From an uncultured virus (IMG/VR IMGVR_UViG_3300037325_000280) (lineage: Duplodnaviria > Heunggongvirae > Uroviricota > Caudoviricetes), in the IMG/VR virus record IMGVR_UViG_3300037325_000280: 64,000 bases of DNA; one strand, given 5' to 3'. Of this stretch, positions 18,920-28,685 are shown one piece after another. Numbering within the stretch: position 1 is the first letter of the stretch; the number at the start of each line of letters is the position of its first letter. The notes beneath the pieces were generated by a model. The model had not been told where the DNA came from. It saw only the letters and a list, made by a program, of their open reading frames with translations, and ran no database searches. The translations under genes and the position numbers were made by a program.

Positions 18920-19912
18920 ATGCCAGTACTTAAGAAATATATTAATCCAACATATGATGAATTTAAGAAACTTTTAAATACTCATTATAATGACATGAAT
19001 ATCAATAACGAAGAACATTTTTTAGAGATGTTTAGTTTCGTTTATTCTAATGAAATAAAAGGAGTATGTGGATTTAAATTAGAATGTCAAAAATTTTTTA
19101 AACAGAAAAGGAATGGTAAAGCAGTTTCTAAATTAAGCACATCATATTGGAATTCCAGGGGATATGATAATGAATACGCTACCTTAAAAATAAGTGAATT
19201 ACAAAGAAAAAACAGTAATGTATGTAATTCACATTGGACGGATAAAGGGTATAATCAGATTGAAGCAACTTTAATGGTAGCTAATGAACAATCTAGAAGA
19301 TCCAACTTGCGATATACTAAATATGATAAACATGAAATTAGTAGACAGTCAGTATGGTCTATCGAATATTGGAAAAACATAGGTTTTTCTGAAGAAGAAG
19401 CAAAATACGAGGCACATAAAAGGAATTATGGTTGCAGAGAATTCTGGTCTAGTGAAAGTGAATACGATACTATTAAAGCAATAATATCTAAAAAACAAAG
19501 TAACTTTATAAAAAATAATCCAGAAAAATTTGCATCTTTTTTCGGAAGCGTGTCTAAGGAGGAAGTTGTATTTTTCAATAATATCGTAAAATCTATTGAT
19601 AATATAAAACATACTGAATTTATAGTTAACATACAGAAATCTGAAGAGTTAAATCAAGGTATAATAAAATATGATGGCTATTTTAAAGACGAGGATTCAT
19701 TAATTCTTATAGAATATGATGGGTTATATTGGCACAATCAAATATACGATGAAATAAAGGACAGAATATGTCTAGAATTTAGAAATGATATTACTGGAAT
19801 TATTAGAGTAAGTGACAATTCATACAAGAATAATACAAAAACAATAAAATTAATAAAAGATGCAATTAAACAAATTAAAAATAAAGAGTGTAACCGAGTT
19901 AAAATCTACTAA
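18920..19912 (+). mobile_element. Free-standing putative homing endonuclease (C-terminal Vsr/DUF559-like nuclease) between the uvsX halves
   Basis: YW..G.S.EEAK-type repeats, IEYDGLYWH; ATG at 18920 (alternative GTG at 18869). Confidence 0.75.
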
Positions 19913-20432
19913 AGTACATGATTTAACAGTAAGAGATGTTCAACATTATATTACTGAAAATGGAGTAATACATCACAATACAGGTCCGGAGTATGCCGCT
20001 TCTATTGTTCTTATGTTAACTAAAGCACAATTAAAGGATGGCACTGAAAAGGTTGGTATTATTGTAACGGCAAAACCTGATAAAAATAGATTTGCTAAGC
20101 CACATCCTATTAAGTTTCATTTAGATTTTACCAAAGGTATGAATCCGTATGTTGGCCTAGAGCAATACGCAACATGGGATATCTGTGGAATCACAAGAGG
20201 TTCTATAGAAAAAGGAGTTAAAACACCAAAGGCAACAGCACGCGGATGGATCTGCCAGCACCTAGATGAAGTAGTTACAAACTCTGAATTTTTTAGTGAA
20301 AAGGTATTTACAAAGGAGATATTAGAAAAAATAAATATTCATATTAAGCCCCTTTTTAACTATAATACCGAAAGCGATAATATAGATAACGAAATCGGAG
20401 CTTTACTTGATGAAAATTTAACAAACGAATAA
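19860..20432 (+). CDS. uvsX: Split intein C-half (40 aa, 19860-19979) fused to UvsX C-terminal part
   Basis: VHDLTVRDVQHYITENGVIHHN then TGPEYAAS; KNRFAK, GMNPYVGL. Confidence 0.9.
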   Translation: MQLNKLKIKSVTELKSTKVHDLTVRDVQHYITENGVIHHNTGPEYAASIVLMLTKAQLKDGTEKVGIIVTAKPDKNRFAKPHPIKFHLDFTKGMNPYVGLEQYATWDICGITRGSIEKGVKTPKATARGWICQHLDEVVTNSEFFSEKVFTKEILEKINIHIKPLFNYNTESDNIDNEIGALLDENLTNE

Positions 20433-20433
20433 A

Positions 20434-20745
20434 ATGGAAGTTAGTCTTATGTCATATAATGAAGATAAACTACCTATAAAATATATACTAGGCATACAAG
20501 GGGAACTTGAAAACTTCCCTGATGCCTTTGATATAATTTACATTTATTTATCTGAAACAATAAACCGTCCAAGTAGACCGATGCATAATTTTACAAAACC
20601 ATCATTGATTAAATATCATGCTAAAGGAAATATATTTAATGTCGAAAAGGGACTGACTCAAGCAATATCTCTTGGACTAATAGAGCAAACTAAATTTGAA
20701 GAAGGAAAGGAATCGTATACAATAATAATAAATCCATTTCAATAA
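20434..20745 (+). CDS. Hypothetical protein, possible winged-helix
   Basis: Helix followed by LGLIEQ...YTI wing-like pattern. Confidence 0.45.
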   Translation: MEVSLMSYNEDKLPIKYILGIQGELENFPDAFDIIYIYLSETINRPSRPMHNFTKPSLIKYHAKGNIFNVEKGLTQAISLGLIEQTKFEEGKESYTIIINPFQ

Positions 20746-20752
20746 GATACAT

Positions 20753-20822
20753 TGTTCAACATTTACATCTGTTCAACCACAATGAACATTCAAATATAAT
20801 GAACATTCAGATATAATGAAAC
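20753..20822. repeat. 17-bp-period direct and inverted repeats upstream of the helicase gene
   Basis: tgttcaac at 20753 and 20770; aatgaacattca(a/g)atat at 20781 and 20798; runs into class II promoter 20817-20845. Confidence 0.7.
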
Positions 20823-20861
20823 TTAGTCCTATAATACATTATAATTAAAAACAAATAACAA

Positions 20862-22175
20862 ATGAAATTCGGACAAGATTTTGAAAAAATATTCTTTCAG
20901 TTAGCTTTAGCAAAACCAAAATACCTAGAAAAAATACATAAAGGGTTCTATACATCAGATGAAATAGACACCATGCATTTTTTAGCAACTAAATTCTACG
21001 AAAAATTCCATGAATCACCAAAGGCAGAACAAATGAAAATTTTAGTTCAAAGTCCTAAATTCAAAGGTAAGGTAGAAGAATCAATAATTGAATTAGTATA
21101 TAAGACAGATCTAACTCAATATGATGAAGAGTGGTTAGTATCAACGGCTGAAGCATGGATTAAATGGAGAACATTCGATACAACTTTAATCGATACCATT
21201 GAATATATTAAGACAACTGAAGTTACTCCTGAAAATGCAGATCAAATTATATCTAAAGTAAAAAGCTTAATTAATGACAGGAACTCTATTGTATTTAATT
21301 CAGATATTGGATTAGATTTCTTTAATGTTGACGATCACTATCAAGAAGGAAGAGTAAAGGTTTCAACTGGATATAATTTCTTAGATAGACTGCTTACTGG
21401 TGGATATGATAAAGATGGATCTTTAGTAGTTTATGTCGGTGAGCAAAATATTGGAAAATCGATTTATCTAGCAAATGACGCTGCAAACTTTGTTAAAATG
21501 GGAGTTAACACTGCATTTGTTTCAGCAGAGATGGCAGCACATAAGGTTCTTAAAAGAATAGGAGCAAACTTGTTAACCATTCCAATGAGTGAATATGATA
21601 TTAAAGCACAAAATAAAGATTTAATCAAAAGAAAGTTAGAAAACGTAGGAAATGGATTAACACCACCAGGTCAATTATTTGTTAAACAATTTCCAACATC
21701 ACAAGCAACTGTACCTGATATTGAAGCATACTTAAAGCAAATTGAAGAAGAAAGAAAAATAAAATTAAGCTGTGTAGTCATTGACTATATTAATATTTTA
21801 GCGAATTATAGAAATCCAAATTCTGAAAATATGTACTTAAAAATTAAGCAAATTGCAGAAGATTTAAGAGCTATGGGAGTTAGAAACGGCTGGCTAATAG
21901 TAACTGCAACCCAGATCAACAGAAACAATTATAATTCTAGTGATATTGGAATGGGTGATGTTGCAGAATCCGCAGGACTTTCTCATACAGCAGATTTAAT
22001 GCTTGGAATTATTCAAGACGATATGATGCGTGCAAGTAGCGAATATTGGCTTAAGGTTTTAAAGATTAGAGATGGTGAAGGTAAAGGAGTAAAATGTAGA
22101 TTAAATATAAACTATCAATATATGCGTCTTACTGAAACCGAAGATGTTACAAATTCAAATATACATAATTTATAA
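20862..22175 (+). CDS. gp41: DnaB-like replicative helicase
   Basis: GEQNIGKS, SAEMA, VIDYINI, IAEDLRAM, TATQINR, AESAGLSHTAD. Confidence 0.9.
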   Translation: MKFGQDFEKIFFQLALAKPKYLEKIHKGFYTSDEIDTMHFLATKFYEKFHESPKAEQMKILVQSPKFKGKVEESIIELVYKTDLTQYDEEWLVSTAEAWIKWRTFDTTLIDTIEYIKTTEVTPENADQIISKVKSLINDRNSIVFNSDIGLDFFNVDDHYQEGRVKVSTGYNFLDRLLTGGYDKDGSLVVYVGEQNIGKSIYLANDAANFVKMGVNTAFVSAEMAAHKVLKRIGANLLTIPMSEYDIKAQNKDLIKRKLENVGNGLTPPGQLFVKQFPTSQATVPDIEAYLKQIEEERKIKLSCVVIDYINILANYRNPNSENMYLKIKQIAEDLRAMGVRNGWLIVTATQINRNNYNSSDIGMGDVAESAGLSHTADLMLGIIQDDMMRASSEYWLKVLKIRDGEGKGVKCRLNINYQYMRLTETEDVTNSNIHNL

Positions 22176-22177
22176 AT

Positions 22178-22618
22178 ATGAAAGAGAGAGATAAAATATT
22201 CGATAATACATTTGAAGAAAGCAGTTTTGAAATAGATCCTACATTTTCATTTAATATAGCCCCTAGTCATACCGATAATCGAGACGAGGAAGACAAAATA
22301 GAAAATAAAATAATTATTGCTAAAATTCACGAACTAATAGAATCTTCTAGGTTTAAGCATTTTAATAATATTAATGAATTTAATCAAACGATTAAATTAA
22401 AAAAAATAGAAATAAATGAAATTTATGAGTATATTTCAGATGAGCTTAGACCTAATCATTCAATAATTGAAATATATTCAGAAACATGTGATTATTTTAA
22501 TGTAAATCCAACAAAATTCTATCAGTCACTTGGCAATAAATTTAAAGAAGAATTAATAGAGGTACTAGATAGAAAAACAAATGTACTAAAGAAAAAGAAT
22601 ATAAATAGATTATTCTAA
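22178..22618 (+). CDS. Possible late transcription coactivator (gp33-like)
   Basis: IIEIYSETCDYFNV...LGNKFKEELIE resembles the gp33 core; C-terminal RLF. Confidence 0.45.
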   Translation: MKERDKIFDNTFEESSFEIDPTFSFNIAPSHTDNRDEEDKIENKIIIAKIHELIESSRFKHFNNINEFNQTIKLKKIEINEIYEYISDELRPNHSIIEIYSETCDYFNVNPTKFYQSLGNKFKEELIEVLDRKTNVLKKKNINRLF

Positions 22619-22621
22619 ACA

Positions 22622-23734
22622 ATGATAGAGCAAGCAATATTAGACAAACCTGTAAAAAGAATTTGGATTTTAGGAGATATGCATTTAGGTGTTCGTTCAA
22701 GCTCATTAGAATGGCTAGAAATGCAAAGGGACTTTTATGATAATCAATTCATTCCTACTCTTCTAGAAAATTTTAAAGATGGAGATATTCTAGTTCAAGT
22801 AGGTGATATATTCGACAACAGACAAAGTGTAAATATTAAAGTTTTACATTATGTAATAGACCTATTTGAAAGATTAGGTAAAATAATGCCAACATATGCT
22901 ATTGCAGGTAATCATGATATATGGGCAAAGAAAAGCAATGAAGTAAGTTCTATTGATATCTTAAAGTGGATTCCTAACGTTTCTATTTATAAAGAACCAA
23001 AAACATTTAATTGGGGTGGTAGAGAAGTTCTTTTAATGCCATGGAGAAGAGACACTCAACATGAAGTGGAAACTCTTAAGGAATATCCAACCGCTGAAAT
23101 ACTATTTTGTCATTCTGAGGTTAGAGGTATTAAACTAAACAGAAAGGTAGATAATCAACATGGAGTTGACTCTGAATCATATGATAGATTTACTGCAGTT
23201 TTTTCAGGACACATCCATTATAGACAAAGAAGAGGCAAACTTAGAATGGTTGGCACTCCATACGAACTAACTAGATCGGATATGGATAATACTAAAGGCT
23301 TTGATTTGGTTAATTTAGAGGACATGCAAGAAACGTTTTTTGAAAATACTATATCACCAAAGTTTGTTAAATTTTATTTAACACAAGTGTATAATATGCC
23401 TCTAGGAACCTTTAAAGATGCCATCAGAAACAACTATGTAGATCTATATGTTCCTTCTAATGTTGCAACAACATCTGCACTTTCAAGACTTATTAATAAA
23501 GTACAAAAAATTAGCAGAAAAATAGATCCAAACATATATGAACAAGATACTTTTATTGATGAAGATCTTTTAGATATGGAGCAAATCGAAGATCTTTATA
23601 AAAATTATAATATTCTTCATTTATGTAATATGTATGTTGATAATTTACAACATAATGATGCAGTCAAATTACAAATAAAGGATAGATTAAAGAAACTTCA
23701 TGACTTTCATGCATATAATAATCAAACAGATTAA
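22622..23734 (+). CDS. gp47: Mre11/SbcD-like recombination nuclease
   Basis: GDMHLG, GDIFDNR, GNHD, SGHIH. Confidence 0.9.
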   Translation: MIEQAILDKPVKRIWILGDMHLGVRSSSLEWLEMQRDFYDNQFIPTLLENFKDGDILVQVGDIFDNRQSVNIKVLHYVIDLFERLGKIMPTYAIAGNHDIWAKKSNEVSSIDILKWIPNVSIYKEPKTFNWGGREVLLMPWRRDTQHEVETLKEYPTAEILFCHSEVRGIKLNRKVDNQHGVDSESYDRFTAVFSGHIHYRQRRGKLRMVGTPYELTRSDMDNTKGFDLVNLEDMQETFFENTISPKFVKFYLTQVYNMPLGTFKDAIRNNYVDLYVPSNVATTSALSRLINKVQKISRKIDPNIYEQDTFIDEDLLDMEQIEDLYKNYNILHLCNMYVDNLQHNDAVKLQIKDRLKKLHDFHAYNNQTD

Positions 23735-23737
23735 ATT

Positions 23738-25411
23738 ATGAAAATACAAAGCATTGAACTAAAAAACTTTGCATCATATGGAAATAAGATTCAAAGAATA
23801 GAATTTGATAAAGACAAATCTCAATTATTTTTAACACTTGGAAAAAATGGTGAAGGTAAAACAACTATTGCTAATGCAATAGTTTTTGCTTTATATGGTA
23901 AAGTAGAAGGAGTAAAATTATCTGATCTTCCAAACCGAATTAATAAGGAGTTATGGGTAAGAATTAAACTTCAATGTAAATCAACTAACGTTGTAATTGA
24001 AAGAGGACTAGCACCTGGTATTTTTAAAGTTGAATTAAATGGAATTGAATTCGATAAGGCAGGTAAAAAATCAGTTCAAGATTATCTTGAAGAAGAAATA
24101 TTTGGGATTCCATATCATGTATTTAAAAACATCATTATTCTTTCAGTTAATGATTTTAAATCATTTTTAACAATGAATAATAATGATAAAAGACAGATCA
24201 TTGACAAGATGTTTGGTTTTTCTATTCTTAATGAAATGCAAAATGCAATTAGAGAAGAAAGAAAATTACTCAAAGGCGATATAGATTCATTTAGTAGGGA
24301 ATTAATTCAAATAAGTAATAACATACTTTCGGTAAAGGAAAAGCTTGAAATTTTAATGGTAGAAAGTCAAGCAAAAGACAAACAAAAAATACAAGAACTT
24401 AAAGATACTTTAGTAAAATACAATGATAATAAAAATAAACTAGAAGATGCACAATTAAAAATATCTGAAAGCATAGGAACGTTGTCAATGGATCTAAGGG
24501 TTAAACAATCAGATGAATCTGATTTTAAATACAAGCTTGCCGAAATTAAGAAAAAGCTTGTATTATATGAAAATAATACATGTCCAACATGTGCAAGTGC
24601 ATTAAGTAATGAATTCCATATTGACAGAAAAAAAGAACTTATTAATGAATTAGAATTAATTCCAAGCAAATTAACAGATGCTACTGATTTGGTATGTAAG
24701 GTATCACGTGATATTAATGAACTAAGACAAAAGGATAGAGCAGTACAGGACAAGGTTTCTACTTTAAATACTAATATTCGAATGTTTAAAAATGAACTTA
24801 TTAAAATAAGAGATTCAATTAAAGGAACAGCCGACTTTTCACATTTAGAACAGATTATAAGCGACTTTGAAAAACAAGAATTAGAAAAAGGTTCATTTAA
24901 GGATATTAAATCAATTGACTTTGGATTCTTAGAACTGATAGAAGATGTATTAGGTGAAGATGGAGTTAAAAATCTAGCAATTAAAACTATTTTACCGGGA
25001 TTAAATGCAAACATATCATCGATGGTGCAAATTATGCACTTACATTTTCACATAAGATTTGATGAAAAGTTTAATTGTATAATCAATCATTTAGGAGAAG
25101 AAATTAATCCATTAACATTATCAACAGGTGAACGTAAAAAGGCAGATTTTATCATAATTATAGCAATTATTAAGATTTTAAAATTAAGATTTCCACAATT
25201 AAATTTACTATTCTTAGATGAATTATTGAGTTCAGTAGATGCAGATGGAATACATAACATATTAAAGATCTTAAGTCAAGTAATTAAAGAAAGTAAAATA
25301 AATACATTTGTAATTAATCACACCCCATTGCCTAGAGAAATTTTTGATGCAGAGGTTCAAATTTACAGAGAAAATGGTTTTTCAAAGTTTGATGTTATTA
25401 AAATTGATTAA
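23738..25411 (+). CDS. gp46: Rad50/SbcC-like ATPase
   Basis: GKNGEGKTT, CPTC zinc hook, LSTGE signature, LFLDE. Confidence 0.9.
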   Translation: MKIQSIELKNFASYGNKIQRIEFDKDKSQLFLTLGKNGEGKTTIANAIVFALYGKVEGVKLSDLPNRINKELWVRIKLQCKSTNVVIERGLAPGIFKVELNGIEFDKAGKKSVQDYLEEEIFGIPYHVFKNIIILSVNDFKSFLTMNNNDKRQIIDKMFGFSILNEMQNAIREERKLLKGDIDSFSRELIQISNNILSVKEKLEILMVESQAKDKQKIQELKDTLVKYNDNKNKLEDAQLKISESIGTLSMDLRVKQSDESDFKYKLAEIKKKLVLYENNTCPTCASALSNEFHIDRKKELINELELIPSKLTDATDLVCKVSRDINELRQKDRAVQDKVSTLNTNIRMFKNELIKIRDSIKGTADFSHLEQIISDFEKQELEKGSFKDIKSIDFGFLELIEDVLGEDGVKNLAIKTILPGLNANISSMVQIMHLHFHIRFDEKFNCIINHLGEEINPLTLSTGERKKADFIIIIAIIKILKLRFPQLNLLFLDELLSSVDADGIHNILKILSQVIKESKINTFVINHTPLPREIFDAEVQIYRENGFSKFDVIKID

Positions 25412-25441
25412 AGAGATATATAACTAAAAATAGAGATTTAA

Positions 25442-26224
25442 ATGTCAGTATATAATCAAAAATATAATTCCGATGATAGTATTGTAAGACATCTTATTAT
25501 CGGATTTCTTGCAGATTTAAATAACAAGGTATATTTTCATAGACAGATTTCAGCAAAGGAAAGAGTCATAATTGATGTTCCTTTTTATTATTCTATATCA
25601 GGTGATGATCAATTCCTAAGAGATCAATTTTTATTTTCAACAGCTTCCGGACCATATTGCACACCAGACAAGGAGTATGCTGATGCCAACTATGATATCG
25701 TTCCAAGGGGCGTAGCTAATTTAACTTCTGTTAATATAGATGCATCTAAATTAGTTAACAAAAGAACAGTAGGTAGTTACACTAAATTAAACAGTGAAGG
25801 TGCTATGGAAGGTTATACTGCTGAATTTGATATGATTCCAATAACATTAGGGTTTGATGTTGAAATATTAGTTTCTTCTTCGATCGATTCATTAAAAATA
25901 ACTGAATCTATTATTAAAAAACTATACAAATCAAATTATTATGATGTAGAGGTAGGACACCTAGACGAAGGCACATATAGAATTTCATCATACTATGCAT
26001 TTCCAGATGATTACACTCAAGAAAGACCACTTAATTTTACATTTGAAGATAAGGAGATGTATAAGGTTACATTTGCTATTGAAATTAATTCATTCATTCC
26101 TTCATTTAGTTGGGGCAATGAACAAGGAGCAGATAGTACTGAAAGACATATTAGTAATCGAATGTATAATATTGAATCTAATATTATAACAGGTGGCACA
26201 TCAGACACTTCAATTATAGATTAA
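25442..26224 (+). CDS. Probable tail completion/sheath stabiliser (gp15-like)
   Basis: SIVRHLII...VPFYY...VPRG...PITLGFDVEI pattern; late promoter motif at 25415. Confidence 0.5.
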   Translation: MSVYNQKYNSDDSIVRHLIIGFLADLNNKVYFHRQISAKERVIIDVPFYYSISGDDQFLRDQFLFSTASGPYCTPDKEYADANYDIVPRGVANLTSVNIDASKLVNKRTVGSYTKLNSEGAMEGYTAEFDMIPITLGFDVEILVSSSIDSLKITESIIKKLYKSNYYDVEVGHLDEGTYRISSYYAFPDDYTQERPLNFTFEDKEMYKVTFAIEINSFIPSFSWGNEQGADSTERHISNRMYNIESNIITGGTSDTSIID

Positions 26225-26273
26225 ACAATCTAAATTAAAAAGATATATAAATAAATAAATAAATTAAAATAAT

Positions 26274-27035
26274 ATGACAACTAATATTCTAGCACCATAT
26301 ATTAAAGTAGATGAATCTTTTCATTTTTACGTAAATGGAAGACTCTTTGAAATGAATGACATTGAGATTAAGGAACTTGAAGGAACTAACAATTTAACTT
26401 TAAGAAACGCAATTATGGCGTTTGAATCATTCGAATTTTCAAATGATTCAGTAAAATGGTTTCATGGACCAAGTAAATTCGTATATGATTTAACTGAAGG
26501 TAAATTTCAACATAATACTTCATTAATTGAAGGAAATACATTTTCTATACATGTCCTTTCGGCAGGTATGGTTAGATATAATGAAAAGGCAACAGCCGAG
26601 TTATTTGAATCTCTACCAGTTCTTTTACAAAATTACGTAACTCTTGATTTTGCAGCTACATTTGAAGGAAACAATAATATTGTAAATTTATTTAAATTAA
26701 ATGAAGATGTATATGTTGCTCGTTTTAATAAATCAAACAGAATTGCAAAATTCTTTAAAGCAAACAATGTAATGGAAGCCGTTGATTATGTTACTAATGA
26801 GACAGGAGAATCAGCACTTTTCTTTTTAAAGGAAATGGCCGAAGGTCAATCGGATAGGCTAAAGGAAATAGCAGAACAAGTCATATTAAATGAGTCTATG
26901 ATATCTTTTTTAAAGGATCAAAAGGGATTACTTGCGACTGCAGACAGAAACGACGAAAATATAAAAGAAGCGGATGCTTTACTTAATAAAGAAATAAAAA
27001 CATTCGAAGATAAGATTACAGCATTATACATGTAA
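26274..27035 (+). CDS. Hypothetical late protein
   Basis: 253-aa ORF after GATATATA at 26242. Confidence 0.6.
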   Translation: MTTNILAPYIKVDESFHFYVNGRLFEMNDIEIKELEGTNNLTLRNAIMAFESFEFSNDSVKWFHGPSKFVYDLTEGKFQHNTSLIEGNTFSIHVLSAGMVRYNEKATAELFESLPVLLQNYVTLDFAATFEGNNNIVNLFKLNEDVYVARFNKSNRIAKFFKANNVMEAVDYVTNETGESALFFLKEMAEGQSDRLKEIAEQVILNESMISFLKDQKGLLATADRNDENIKEADALLNKEIKTFEDKITALYM

Positions 27036-27064
27036 CGCAACCTATAGTATTCTATTACCATAGT

Positions 27065-27092
27065 AAAGCCTCTAGCAATAGAGGCTTTTTTT
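27065..27092 (+). terminator. Intrinsic terminator, followed by class II promoter TGAAAC-N17-TACAAT (27107-27135)
   Basis: aaagcctcta-gcaa-tagaggcttt followed by T-run. Confidence 0.8.
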
Positions 27093-27163
27093 GTTTAAAT
27101 AGTATGTGAAACAAAATAATAAAAACCCATACAATAAATATAACTTAATTTAAAATAATAAAA

Positions 27164-27535
27164 ATGGCTAAAAGTAAAAATTACTTAAATAATAAAGACT
27201 TACATGCTGCAATGAGCGAGTCTAAATTGCTTGGAAAATTAACACCAACTTCAGAAAAAATGTTAATTTTGCTAGCAGAAAGAGCACAGAGAACAATGTC
27301 ATATGTTAGTGATGATGACAGAAATGATTGTTTGCAGGCTGCACTATTAGATCTTTTAAAATATTGGAAAAATTTCAATCCTGAATATCCTAATGCTTTC
27401 GCATATTTTACAGAAATATCAAAGAGAGGTTATGCTAAAGGATGGAATGTAATCCATCCAAAAAAATACAAAGGAACATTATCTATGGATAAGGCTTCTG
27501 GCAATGATGAAACCGGAGGAATGTATTCATTTTAA
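27164..27535 (+). CDS. gp55: Late transcription sigma factor
   Basis: YLNNKDL...Y..NFNPE..NAFAYFTEI. Confidence 0.8.
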   Translation: MAKSKNYLNNKDLHAAMSESKLLGKLTPTSEKMLILLAERAQRTMSYVSDDDRNDCLQAALLDLLKYWKNFNPEYPNAFAYFTEISKRGYAKGWNVIHPKKYKGTLSMDKASGNDETGGMYSF

Positions 27536-28023
27536 TGTCAATAAAAAATCTTAAACCCACAAAGAATTCAGCATTTCATCAAGGTTATTATAATCCAACT
27601 AATCCTGAAAAGGTAATAGGGCCTCTTCCTATAATATATAGGAGTTCATGGGAATATAAGTTTATGATATGGTGTGATATCAATGATAAGGTATTAATGT
27701 GGTCTAGTGAACCTGTCGAAATCAAATATTGGTCTAGGCAGGGAAACAAAGAACGAAAGTACTATCCTGATTTTTACTTTAAAATATTAAAACCAGATGG
27801 AACTACTGATGAATTCTTAGCAGAAATTAAACCTAAGTCACAAATTCAAAAACCAAAAATCCCAACTAAGATGTCCAAGAAGGCGTTAGAATCCTATAAA
27901 TTCCTCGCAGAGCAATATGTCAAGAATATGGACAAGTATAATGCTGCAAAGGAGTATGCGATTAATCGAAGTTGGAAATTCATAGTTCTAACTGAAGACA
28001 CTATAAAAAACGGGCTACGTTAA
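27535..28023 (+). CDS. gp4: Head completion nuclease (TnsA-like)
   Basis: NPEK, IIYRSSWEYKFM, WSSE, YYPDF, EIKP, FIVLTE. Confidence 0.85.
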   Translation: MSIKNLKPTKNSAFHQGYYNPTNPEKVIGPLPIIYRSSWEYKFMIWCDINDKVLMWSSEPVEIKYWSRQGNKERKYYPDFYFKILKPDGTTDEFLAEIKPKSQIQKPKIPTKMSKKALESYKFLAEQYVKNMDKYNAAKEYAINRSWKFIVLTEDTIKNGLR

Positions 28024-28064
28024 AATAGGAATATATATTACAATATGAAAAACCACTATAAAAA

Positions 28065-28664
28065 ATGGGCTATGTTAAAAAAAGAATAAGTGAATTATCA
28101 AAAGAACATGGAAGTAAGACCAGGGCAGTTAGATTCTCAGAATCATGGTTTAATGATAGTCTTAAGTCTAGAAGCTTAACAGAAGCTCAATATACTAGAA
28201 ATAGATTTAAACCAGGACAGATTTATGTTTTTCAATATTCTCCAAAATATAAAGATGAATTGCCCTGGTTTGACGAAAATCCAATAGTCCTCGCTATTGA
28301 AGGAAACGGCAACAATGATTGCGGGGTTAATTTAAATCTACTACCAATCCCTGTAAAAGAAAAGCTACTTGATGATTTATATTCAAAAATGAATGCATTT
28401 ATTAATAGCACTATTTCCGAAAAGAAAAATCCAATAAATGAAAAACCATTAAGAATAACATATGATGGTATGAAATCATATTTAGAAAAATATGGATGTG
28501 ATTTTGCCTTAAGACAATATATACCATCAAGGAAAAAAAAACAGGCAGTTGTCAGTTATTCAAGATGGCCTGAAATTGCCCTATGCAATTTCATAGAACT
28601 AAACGGTACCACATTGATGGCAATAAGAATACAATTTAAAGACTATTTAAAAAGGAATATATAA
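28065..28664 (+). CDS. gp2: DNA end protector
   Basis: PGQIYVFQYSPKYKDELPWFDENP, GVNLNLLP. Confidence 0.75.
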   Translation: MGYVKKRISELSKEHGSKTRAVRFSESWFNDSLKSRSLTEAQYTRNRFKPGQIYVFQYSPKYKDELPWFDENPIVLAIEGNGNNDCGVNLNLLPIPVKEKLLDDLYSKMNAFINSTISEKKNPINEKPLRITYDGMKSYLEKYGCDFALRQYIPSRKKKQAVVSYSRWPEIALCNFIELNGTTLMAIRIQFKDYLKRNI

Positions 28665-28685
28665 ATAAAACTAATATTAAACAAC

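Noticed and set aside
20753..20822. CRISPR mini-array
   Set aside because: Repeats are contiguous without spacers; no cas genes in the window
24367..25014. Long antisense ORFs (also 31634-32053, 34347-35051, 53300-53611 and others)
   Set aside because: Shadows of plus-strand genes with biased codon use; Ser/Leu/Phe-rich without motifs
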